Below, piece by piece: positions 39,058 to 50,163 of a DNA stretch of 64,000 bases (positions are counted from its first letter, which is position 1; every line of letters starts with the position of its first letter). Source of the DNA: Macrostomum lignano (lineage: Eukaryota); contig NIVC01001716.1 in the NCBI GenBank assembly GCA_002269645.1, forward strand, positions 1 through 64,000, in the 5' to 3' direction. Position numbers and translations under genes: made by a program. The notes beneath the pieces were generated by a model. It was not told the DNA's origin. It did not search any database and saw only the letters and a list, made by a program, of their open reading frames with translations.

Positions 39058-40710
39058 TCAACAAGAGCCGCAGCTCTTTGACTTGGCGACAGTCTCGCCG
39101 GTCTGGCCAGGCTCATCGCCGTCGTGCAGTTGCAGCACAACGCCAGGCGGAGCATCCAGCAGATCGGTCCGGTCGCCGGCAATTTTGCGGGCCAGAGCCA
39201 GATTGGCCAGGTGATGAAATGCGTCGGCAACGTTTATAGCCTGAAGATGGGAGGCATTAGACATTGCCGGGTAAAAGGCGCGAGTAAAAGCTGTGCATAA
39301 GCAGGCCAATGCCTCATCATCTGATTAGTGATATTGCATAGGCACTGATATCAGATCGGAGTCGTTTTGCCAATTAGAATTTAAGGGACAGATGAAGATC
39401 AGGCCAAATCTGAGCAGACAAATTTTGAGAATGCTGTCCAGCTGGAACTCTGAATTTTAATATACAAGTACTTTAAATAATAAAAATAATTGATTAAACC
39501 TGCCCCAATTGGACGCTCTGACCATTAGACTACAAGCCTACAACCCCCTCAAGCCCGGTGTATGGGTGTGGGCTTGTAGCTTTGTGTGTTGCAGTATAAA
39601 TATATGAGGCCATGGCACGACAATTAGATAGGATAAAATAGACGGCAAGATTAGTCAGTTTTACATGAATTAATTAGATTTTTTATTTCCCCACCTGCTT
39701 GGCGGAGCACTCCAAGTAGGGCATGCCAAGGTTGGAGCTGCACCACCGTCTCGCACTGTCTGGCTGTACGCAGCGATGCTCCAAGTCCACTTTGTTGCCA
39801 ATTAGCATAAATGGAAACTGTTCGGCCTCGCGAATCTGAGCCTCGATTGTGAACTCCTGCAGCCAGGATGTCAGAGCGGAGAAGCTGCACTGATCCGTGA
39901 CGTCGTATACTGAATTGGCGGTGTGCGGCGTTCGGCGGCTTGTTAGTTCGTTTTTCAAAGTTCTTGAGAGTTTGGCTGGTCACCATTATTTGTAGTTAGG
40001 GGTCAGGCATCGGAGTAGTTGGGGTCAGGCATCGGAGTAGTTGGGGTCAGGCATCGGAGTAGTTGGGGTCAGGCATCGGAGTAGTTTGGGTCAGGCATCG
40101 GAGTAGTTGGGGTCAGGCATCGGAGTAGTTGGGGTCAGGCATCGGAGTAGTTGGGGTCAGGCATCGGAGTAGTTGGGGTCAGGCATCGGAGTAGTTGGGT
40201 CAGGCATCGGAGTAGTTGGGGTCAGGCATCGGAGTAGTTTGGGTCAGGCGTCGGAGTGAGCAGTGAGGGTCAGACTCCAGAGCAGGGGGGGGGGTCAGAC
40301 TCCAGAGCAGTGGGGGTCAGACTCCGGAGCAGTGGGGGTCAGACTCCAGAGCAGTGGGGGTCAGACTCCAGAGCAGTGGGGGTCAGACTCCGGAGCAGTG
40401 GGGGTCAGACCCCGGAGCAGTGGGGTCAATAAGACGCCCGCTACTCACCCAGCACGCAGGCGTCGGCGCCGCGAAAGAAGGCCCGGCCAAGCGACCGGAA
40501 CCGCTCCTGGCCGGCCGTGTCCCACAGCTGCAGGGTGACCGTCTGCTTCTCCAGCTGCACCATTTTAACAAGAAAGTCCGCCCCGATTGTGGCCGTGTAT
40601 TGCCCGGTAAATCGCCGATTAACATACTGCTGCAGCAGGGAGGTCTTGCCGGCTCCGGCGTTGCCAAGGACAACCACCTTGAGCACCGTGTGCTGCAGAG
40701 TCTGGGACAT
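39058..40710 (-). CDS. Divergent Rab7-like GTPase (219 aa), tandem paralogue
   Basis: Exons 40710-40449, 39909-39695, 39240-39058 join in frame. [45 protein letters not shown]-terminal CGSC. First intron is at the same phase-1 position as in the neighbouring Rab7. Confidence 0.92.
39995..40425. repeat. Two adjacent related 22-bp minisatellites, Rab7-like intron 1
   Basis: ggggtcaggcatcggagtagtt (39995-40255), then ggggtcagactccagagcagtg (40262-40425). Confidence 0.93.
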
Positions 40711-40809
40711 TGCTTGTCAGATAGGATTGCTTCTTCTGCGGCTTCTGTCTAATCAAAATCATGCAATAAATAAATACTAGGCATTAAAATTTGCTTTCGT
40801 TCTGAACGG

Positions 40810-41070
40810 CTGGCTGCTCAGTCTGAGTATCTGGGAGGCTGGCTTCTCAGCCTGAGGATCTGGGAGGCTGGCTGCTCAGTCTGAGGATCTGGGAGGCTGG
40901 CTGCTCAGTCTGAGGATCTGGGAGGCTGGCTGCTCAGCCTGAGGATCTGGGAGGCTGGCTGCTCAGTCTGAGGATCTGGGAGGCTGGCTGCTCAGTCTGA
41001 GGATCTGGGAGGCTGGCTGCTCAGTCTGAGGGTCTGGGAGGCTGGCTGCTCAGTCTGAGGGTCTGGGAGG
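40810..41070. repeat. 29-bp minisatellite (ctgaggatctgggaggctggctgctcagt)
   Basis: About 9 copies; the reverse complement shares AGCCTCCCAGATCCTCAG with the NUP155 intron array. Confidence 0.92.
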
Positions 41071-41434
41071 TTTTTTTTATTAGAGGCAGGGGGTTGTGTG
41101 CACCCTGGCGCACTTTAAGCGACATAGGCACACAACCGGCGAGAGGCATTACTGCCCATTCCGCCGACTCCCCTGAACAGGCATACAAGCGCCCGGATAC
41201 GTACACAGGCACACACTCACACAGGAGTGTACAGCGGCCCTAACTTTATATTATCGTTAGGCATGTACACTTCACTGTGCCTTGGGGGTTTGGCTCTCAC
41301 GGCCGTTAATTGCACGAGCAGAGCCAAGCCGAGATTCCAATTCAGCCCCAAATTAATGTGACTGCACTTGGAATCGAGCCTGGGTCGCTGGCACACCAGA
41401 GCCTGCGCTAGACCGCTGGGCTACGGCCCCCCTA
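41071..41434 (-). mobile_element. tRNA-derived SINE family A, young full-length copy
   Basis: A-box TAGCCCAGCGG, B-box GGCTCGATTCC, A-rich tail; TSD TCTGGGAGG at 41062-41070 and 41435-41443. Confidence 0.9.
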
Positions 41435-41899
41435 TCTGGGAGGTTGGTGGCCCAGCAACTCTGCAGAATCTTGAGACGCTGACCTAAAAAGTTCATTAAA
41501 AACAATAAAGAAAAAAGCAATGCAAAAATAGATATTATAAAGCTCTTCAAAAGCAGTGCAAAGAGTTGGGTAGCAACAATTTTTCCTAGAAATTTCTATA
41601 CTTCTTTTGTCATAACAAACCAGCCTGCCAAAATATATGGCTTGACAATCAATCGCTGGAAACAGTAAAAGAACAGACAGTCCGGGCACCGCTGCACTAA
41701 TATATTTCGTCTAGCAATGCGCTGCGCGACATAGCACGGGGCATATACTCGTATATGTATGTGAAGATAGATAATGCACACAAAATATAACAAATGAAAA
41801 CTGGGAAAACACTACTACAAAAGAGTAATTTCATTATTCCGCGCTCAGAATATAGCTGTTCTATCTATCTCCTAGCTTCCTTCTGATTCGCTGCTGCTC

Positions 41900-42490
41900 T
41901 GGTGATTGGTGACAGCCAATCAGAGGGAAGTTAGGGCGGGGGGAAGAGAGTGAAACGGGAGACACCGAAACAGAGCCCGTTCTGTGTAACTGATAAGCAC
42001 CCGCTACTCGTTCTCCTCTCTCTCCTTTCTTTAACATATCTATGGGTTAGATAAGCGACAGCCAATAAGAATGAAGCTAGGAAAGAGAGACCGAAACAGA
42101 GTCCGGTCCGTTTTACTGATAATAAACAACACTCTCCCCACCTCTCTCTCCTCTCTTTAGCCTATCTATAGGTTAGATAAGCGGTAGCCAATAAAAATGA
42201 AGCTAGGAAAGAGAGAAAGAGAGAAAGAGAGATCAAGATAAAAACAGAGCCTGGTCCGTTTAACTGATGATAAGCAACCCCCTCTCCTCCTCACTCTCCT
42301 TTCGTTACCCTATCTGTGGGTTAGATAAACGACAGCCAATCAGAATGAAGCTAGGAAAGAGAAGAAGAGACCGAAACAGAGCCCGGTCCGTTTAACTGAT
42401 AATAAGCAACCCCCTCTCCTCCTCTCTCTCCTTTCGTTACTCCATCTGTGGGTTAGATAAACGACAGCCAATCAGAATGAAGCTAGAAGA
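41900..42490. repeat. ~120-bp tandem unit carrying CCAAT and GATA motifs (4-5 copies)
   Basis: Recurring gacagccaat(c/a)agaatgaagctaggaaagagagaccgaaacagag...ttagataa. Confidence 0.8.
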
Positions 42491-42559
42491 GAGACACTAA
42501 CTAATAAGATTTTCTTATACTAAACTTAGCTAAACAAGAAAGTGTCAACAATTAATTAG

Positions 42560-43412
42560 TCAACCACCGGCCGGATCTCGTCCGCAGAATCGCCTGTAGG
42601 CTTCCACAAAGCTGTGCCCCCTCTCCGGATCAAGGAAACTGTCACGAAATCTTGCGCCCATGTCCTCTCCGTTGGACGGATCGGACAGCACTCCGACAGC
42701 GTCCATAGCCAGCACCGTGTTGAACAGGCGATCCAGAGCCGATTCCCTCAGGCCTGGCAAGCCGAATATATCCAGCGCCGAGCAGGGCCATTCGTTTTCC
42801 GATAGATCGTGCTGAAAGAATGGCAGAAAATCTCTGCCTAGAGAAGTCTGCGCCCTCTGCCAATTAGCATCTGTGCTCCATAGTTCAAATGCGTAGGCCG
42901 CTCTGTACAGGCAGTGCAACAGGTTCATCGCTTGCTGTCCGGCTAGCAGCTCGGACACGGCCGGCCAGTCCGGACAGCTGGAACTGCCGTCGGACAGCAG
43001 GCGCTGTTGAATATTAGGATCCGGCCAGGTGGCCAAACAGCGAAACATGGCCGGCAGAAAGTAGGAGCGATTCTCCTGTCTGTCCGGACACAGATACGGA
43101 CCCATGGCCGGATGGCCGGTCAGCTGTTGCAGCACGGCGGCCAGGCGCTCGGCCATAATGGCCGAATCTGTGTTAGCTACGATAGGCAGGTCCCAGGCCT
43201 GGTAGGCCACGGGCTGCTGCTGCTGATCGCTGCTGCCGGCGTACAGCCTTTCTAAGCAGCCCGTGCCGCCTAGGAATGGGTAAACCACCTGCCACATGGG
43301 GTTGGGGGAGAGAAAAGGGTTGGAGATGCACCTAAAATTCTAATTGGCTTTGGGATACACGGGCAGACAAGTAGACAGGCAGACAAAAAAACAGACACAG
43401 ACACACTAAGAA

Positions 43413-43489
<77 letters not shown>

Positions 43490-46400
43490 CTAAGACAGAC
43501 AGACACTAAGACTGACACAGACACTAAGACAGGCACAGTGAGACAGACACAGACAGTGAGACAGACACTAAGACAGACAGACACTAAGACAGGCACAGTG
43601 AGACAGACACAGACAGTGAGATAGACAAAGACAGTGAGACAGACACTAAGACAGACGCAAACACTAAGACAGGCACAGTGAGACAGACACTAAGACAGAC
43701 GCAAACACCAAGACAGGCACAGTGAGACAGACACTAAGACAGACGCCAACACCAAGACAGGCACAGTGAGACAGACACAGACAGTGAGATAGACACAGGC
43801 AGTGAGACAGACACTAAGACAGACGCAAACACTAAGACAGGCACAGTGAGACAGACACTAAGACAGACGCAAACACCAAGACAGGCACAGTGAGACAGAC
43901 AGACCCACACCAACCTTGCGCATTCGTCCGCCGGACAGCCAGACCAGGCGGCCCAGCAGAGCGCCTTGGCCAGTCTCGCCGTTTGCATCGAGCCGCCTCA
44001 GATCGAACACTTCAGCATTATGATGCGGATGCAGCGGCCCAGCTTCGCCAGTGGCCTTGGCATTGGCCTCGAATGACAAGCCGAATAACTGTCTGATCAG
44101 ATCGAACCAGTTCTGCCTGAGCTGGGCCATGGGCACAGCAGGCGGATAGCTGTGCTCAGCCAGCAGCCGCCGTTGCCAATACTCCCAGTCCCACGGCTGC
44201 AGAGGGCCGTCTGTGAGGCCGCCGTTGTCTTGGGCGAAGTCGCTGACCCGATTGAAATGATCCAACGCGATTGGCTGATAGCGGCGCTTCAGAACTTCAA
44301 GAAGGTCGACCACAGACTGAGCCGACTGGGGCAGGCCGTCCTGCAGTCGGAAAGGATGGCAAACTACACGAAAATCTGCCAGATTCATTACAAACTGCAC
44401 AAGAAAATCTGCCAGATTCATTACAAACTGCACAAGAAAATCTGCCAGATTCATTACAAACTGCACAAGAAAATCTGCCAGATTCATTACAAACTGCACA
44501 AGAAAATCTGCCAGATTCATTACAAACTGCACAAGAAAATCTGCCACATTCATTACAAACTGCACAAGAAAATCTGCCAGATTCATTACAAACTGCACAA
44601 GAAAATCTGCCAGATTCATTACAAACTGCACAAGAAAATCTGCCAGATTCATTACAAACTGCACAAGAAAATCTGCCAGATTCATTACAAACTGCACAAG
44701 AAAATCTGCCAGATTCATTACAAACTACACGAAAATCTGCCAGATTCATTACAAACTACACGAAAATCTGCCACATTCATTACAAACTGCACAAGAAAAT
44801 CTGCCACATTCATTACAAACTACACGAAAATCTGCCAGATTCATTACAAACTACACGAAAATCTGCCACATTCATTACAAACTGCACAAGAAAATCTGCC
44901 ACATTCATTACAAACTACACGAAAATCTGCCAGATTCATTACAAACTACACGAAAATCTGCCAGATTCATTACAAACTGCACAAGAAAATCTGCCACATT
45001 CATTACAAACTGCACAAGAAAATCTGCCAGATTCATTACAAACTGCACAAGAAAATCTGTCAGATTCATTACAAACTGCACAAGAAAATCTGCCAGATTC
45101 ATTACAAACTGCACAAGAAAATCTGCCAGATTCATTACAAACTGCACAAGAAAATCTGCCAGATTCATTACAAACTGCACAAGAAAATCTGCCAGATTCA
45201 TTACAAACTGCACAAGAAAATCTGCCAGATTCATTACAAACTGCACAAGAAAATCTGTCAGATTTATTACAAACTGCACCCAGCTAGCCAAACATTTCAC
45301 TATAAGCTACACATATTGAAATCTGCCACATTCATTACAAACTACACCCAGCTAGCCAAACATTTCACTATAAGCTACACATATTGAAATCTGCCACATT
45401 CATTACAAACTACACCCAGCTAGCCAAACATTTCACTATAAGCTACACACATTGAAATCTGCCAAATGCATTACAATCTACACCCAGCTAACCAAACATT
45501 TCACTATAAGCTACACACATTGAAATCTGCCACATTCATTACAATCTACACCCAGCTAACCAAACATTTCACTATAAGCTACACACATTGAAATCTGCCA
45601 CATTCATTACAAACTACACCCAGCTAACCAAACATTTCACTATAAGCTACACACATTGAAATCTGCCACATTCATTACAAACTACACCCAGCTAACCAAA
45701 CATTTCACTATAAGCTACACACATTGAAATCTGCCACATTCATTACAATCTACACCCAGCTAACCAAACATTTCACTATAAGCTACACACATTGAAATCT
45801 GCCACATTCATTACAAACTACACCCAGCTAACCAAACATTTCACTATAAGCTACACACATTGAAATCTGCCACATTCATTACAATCTACACCCAGCTAAC
45901 CAAACATTTCACTATAAGCTACACACATTGAAATCTGCCACATTCATTACAATCTACACCCAGCTAACCAAACATTTCACTATAAGCTACACACATTGAA
46001 ATCTGCCACATGCAGCACCAAAAACCGCACCTGGCTGCTCTGCCTCAAATCGATAGCCACCCTATTTTCGTATCCCAGCGCCTCGCTCAGCGTATCAAAC
46101 GCTATCCTCTGATCGCTGATAACGGTAGGGTTGTCCAACCGATTAGCGAAATGCCTCAAACGGCCGGCAACGCCGCAGTGAGCTGACCAGGCGGCCTGCC
46201 TGGAGGCCCGGTCCTTGCACACTTGTATGAACTCATCGTAGATGCCCGGCGTCAGGGTTAACACGTACAAGCCTTCTTCATCGCTAATAGAGCGCAGGTG
46301 TTCGAGAAACTCCGGCTTAGCGTACGACTCGAATAGGCCAGGATCGCTGATCACCATACGGTAGAAGGTGCCACTTGTGACAACGTTTGTCTCGAACTTG

Positions 46401-48939
46401 GCCGCCAATTCTGCCAGCTGGCGCATCTGGGTGGCCACGTGCGACATCTGCTTGGGCGGCTGGCTCGTTGTCGCATCGTAGAAGCAAGCCCTGCGGCACT
46501 CCCGAATCTCCTTGTTCACCACCCAGATCTGCTGGTCCGTGAGCGCTGCGAGGGCGAGTGTAATATGCTTTGCAAATACACTTCACCAATACTGTCACTC
46601 CCGCTCCACCGATACTCAATATACCGCCACTCCTGCTCTATCGATACTCAATATACTGTCACTCCCGCTCCACCGATACTCAATATACTGTCACTCCTGC
46701 TCTATCGATACTCAATATACTGTCACTCCCGCTCTACCGATACTCAATATACTGTCACTCCTGCTCTACCGATACTCAATATACTGTCACTCCTGCTCTA
46801 CCGATACTCAATATACTGTCACTCCCGCTCCACCGATACTCAATATACTGTCACTCCTGCTCTACCGATACTCAATATACTGTCACTCCCGCTCCACCGA
46901 TACTCAATATACTGTCACTCCTGCTCTATCGATACTCAATATACTGTCACTCCCGCTCTACCGATACTCAATATACTGTCACTCCTGCTCTACCGATACT
47001 CAATATACTGTCACTCCCGCTCTACCGATACTCAATATACTGTCACTCCCGCTCCACCGATACTCAATATACTGTCACTCCTGCTCTATCGATACTCAAT
47101 ATACTGTCACTCCCGCTCCACCGATACTCAATATACTGTCACTCCTGCTCTATCGATACTCAATATACTGTCACTCCCGCTCTACCGATACTCAATATAC
47201 TGTCACTCCTGCTCTACCGATACTCAATATACTGCCACTCCCGCGCCACCGATACTCAATATACTGTCACTCCCGCTCCACCGATACTCAATATACTGTC
47301 ACTCCCGCTCCACCGATACTCAAAATACTGTCACTCCCACGCCACCGATACTCAAAATACTGTCACTCCCACGCCACCGATACTCAAAATACTGTCACTC
47401 CCGCTCCACCGATACTCAAAACACTGCCAATTCTCTACCTAACGTACTTTTTAAATAGTGTTAGTCAATCTCAGTCAAACAGATTGGCCTTACATTTGTC
47501 CAAATTGCGAACCCGTTCCAAACTAGCCAGATAATCGGCATCCTGATAGCACTCTTGTAGGTGCATTCGCAGTTTCACTATCAAACTGTCCACTAATCTG
47601 GCATAGGAGCTGGCCAGATCGCTCTGTTCGAGGGTCACTGCCAACTGGCCGGCCCAAATCAGTTCCAGCAGGCGGCAGCGGTGCTGCAGAAGCGGCCGGA
47701 CCAGCCGATCGAAGGTTGCCGCCTCCGGCGCCGACGGATCGTCTGCTTCTGCCGCAGGGAAACGGTGCAGGAGAGCGGCTAGTGTGGCATTTTTTTATTT
47801 AAATTTTTGACTGGTTAGGGATTGATAAACATCCCTCACGACTGATTAGAGAATATTAAACATCCCTCACGACTGATTAGATATGATTAAACATCCCTCA
47901 TGACTGATTAGAGAATATTAAACATCTCTCATGACTGATTAGAGATGATTAAACAACTCTCATGACTGATTAGACAGGATTAAACATCTCTCATGACTGA
48001 TTAGACAGAATTAAACATCTCTCATGACTGATTAGATAGGGTTAAACATCTCTCATGACTGATTAGATAGGGTTAAACAACTGTCATGACTGATTAGACA
48101 GGATTAAACATCTCTCATGACTGATTAGATAGGGTTAAACAACTGTCATGACTGATTAGACAGGATTAAACATCTCTCATGACTGATTAGATAGGATTAA
48201 ACATCACTCATGACTGATTAGATAGGGTTAAACAACTCTCATGGCTGATTAGACAGGATTAAACATCTCTCATGACTGATTAGATAGGGTTAAACATCAC
48301 TCATGACTGATTAGATAGGGTTAAACATCTCTCATGACTGATTAGATAGGGTTAAACAACTCTCATGACTGATTAGACAGGATTAAACATCTCTCATGAC
48401 TGATTAGATAGGGTTAAACATCTCTCATGACTGATTAGATAGGGTTAAACAACTCTCATGACTGATTAGACAGGATTAAACATCTCTCATGACTGATTAG
48501 ATAGGATTAAACATCACTAGATGTAAGTAGGCAAGAGAGCCATCATACCAGAGGAGCCAACAGCGGCATCCAGCAGCTGGTCGTGCAGAGTGGCGCCCGC
48601 CTGCAGCTCCCGGTGCACCCTGTCGTAGTAAGCCACCCAGTCGATACTGTCGACTCTTACTAATCGGCTATTATCGCTAATGTCAACAAAGAGACAATCG
48701 TCCGACAATTGCTGCCTAGGCACGTCTGGTATTCGAATATAAACGGGCACTTCCCGGCGCTCGTGCCGGAAAGCCGGATAGACAGACTCGGGTAGCACGT
48801 GTTTCAGCCATTGCCTACCGCTGGCTGAGCTGAGGTGCCGAGCCTGTAACAGCAGATGATGCGAACGCGTCTGCGGAAATCTTCCAGTAAGGCCGCCGCA
48901 GGCGCCACAGAATAGCAACTGTTTGGCAGCTCTAAGCAT
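42560..48939 (-). CDS. Peptidase M3A / oligopeptidase A-like protein with N-terminal mitochondrial-type presequence; catalytic zinc motif degenerate (781 aa)
   Basis: Exons 48939-48549, 47778-47494, 46545-46031, 44340-43915, 43288-42560 sum to 2346 nt in frame. ATFDRLVRPL, LTDQQIW, LSEALGYENR, LQPWDWEYW and GARFRDSFL..AYRRFCGRDP match OpdA/M3A blocks as I recall them. The HExxH position reads AERLA. Confidence 0.8.
43380..43900. repeat. Composite (AGAC)n/CACTAAGAC/CACAGTGAG satellite, M3 gene intron
   Basis: Direct inspection. Confidence 0.92.
44370..46010. repeat. 33-bp array (44370-45280) followed by a 68-bp array containing the same core (45280-46010), M3 gene intron
   Basis: The core aaatctgcca(g/c)attcattacaaact is shared by both periods. 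Confidence 0.94.
46590..47430. repeat. 32-bp minisatellite (ccgatactcaatatactgtcactcccgctcca), M3 gene intron
   Basis: About 26 copies. Confidence 0.95.
47825..48520. repeat. 31-bp minisatellite (aaacatctctcatgactgattagatagggtt), M3 gene intron
   Basis: About 22 copies. Confidence 0.95.
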
Positions 48940-49960
48940 GTGTAGCCAGCAATGCCTGCTCTAGCATGCAAGAAGGACAAGCAAAATTAAACTGGCTTGG
49001 CTTATTGCAGTTTTAAAAAAAGATTCAATAAGGTTGATAATGCTTTCATTTGTTATCTTAATCTATATCACTCATTAACAGATCTTATTTTCACTTATGT
49101 ACAAGAAGAATGGCTAGGACTGTATTTATCATAACTTTAGCCCCTACCACCCCATCTGCACAAAATCAAGAGCCCGGGGACTTAAGAGCTTCTCCTAGGC
49201 CCCTTGCATTGAAAGTGAAAATATTCATCTTAACTTTAGCTCCCACTACCCCATTTCAGAATGTGTACATGACATTGAAAATCACTGTTGCTTGAGTCTG
49301 TGACCCTAGGGACTTAGGAGCTAGCTCCCCTATAAGTACTTTGAAACTTTCAACATTAATTCATGGCTCCAATGATATTTTAAGTCTATATCACTAGATA
49401 TGCCAAGCCAATATTACTAGATATGGGAAATGTGTTCTTTATTAGAATAAGGAACTAAATATATTAGACAAAATTAGACTAAATATATTGTTCCTTACTA
49501 AATATATTAGACATAAATTAAACAAAAAGGCATTAAAAATTATAATATAAGAATACTAGTTGGTCTAACAAATTTTAAGAGCTGATTAGGGTAATTTTAC
49601 TTTTTACCACAATCATAATAGGGCTTAAGATCTTAAATCTAATATAATAAACTTTTTTTAAAGATCATTACATTATCAAGAACTGACTAGACAAATTCAA
49701 AGAATCATCACTGAAAAGACTTTCAATTTCAGCAATTTCAGCTTATAAACTATGCAATTGTCTATAGTGATCATACAGTTATATATAAGCCAGACTAAAG
49801 ACAATATACATGTACACCAAAAATACTGGTATGTAGAGAGATCTGGCATATATCACTGGCATACAAATTGGCCTAGCATATCCCTTGCTATATAGTTTGC
49901 CATATAGAGATTGCCAAGACAATAGCTAGGACTAACTTACAAGTCCCAATCAATATACAA

Positions 49961-50163
49961 CAGGGCAGGGCTTAACAAACTCTGGCTTGTATCATTCTTG
50001 TATCAGTTTTAACTACGGGGTTGTTGGTTATATTTGCTTTAATCCTTTAAAATTGTCATTTATAGCCCAGCCAAAATTTGTTGTATACATGTGTTTTTTG
50101 GCTTGCCACCTTAGACAGTCTTCTAATCTAGCCTAGTCTATCTGAAAAGTTTGCCAATCCCTG
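49961..50163. mobile_element. Decayed hAT-Charlie-type MITE with CpG-mutated TIRs
   Basis: 5' CAGGGCTTAACAAACTCTGGC and 3' AAGTTTGCCAATCCCTG; flanks ATATACAA / TTATACAG resemble an 8-bp TSD. Confidence 0.55.

Noticed and set aside
40760-40771. ATTTATTGCATG (minus strand), matching the 3' end of the Macrostomum spliced leader as I remember it, upstream of the Rab7-like gene
   Set aside because: Only 12 AT-rich nt, out of frame with the gene, and the gene retains introns so it is not a retrocopy; probably chance within an AT-rich acceptor region.
42240-42275. GAAAC...GTC...CTGATGA, resembling a hammerhead ribozyme core in the 120-bp repeat
   Set aside because: Stems I and III cannot be formed, and CTGATGA is not conserved among the copies.
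42560-48939. Recent horizontal transfer of bacterial opdA
   Set aside because: The gene has four spliceosomal introns, host-like composition and a targeting presequence; nothing in the sequence supports recent transfer.
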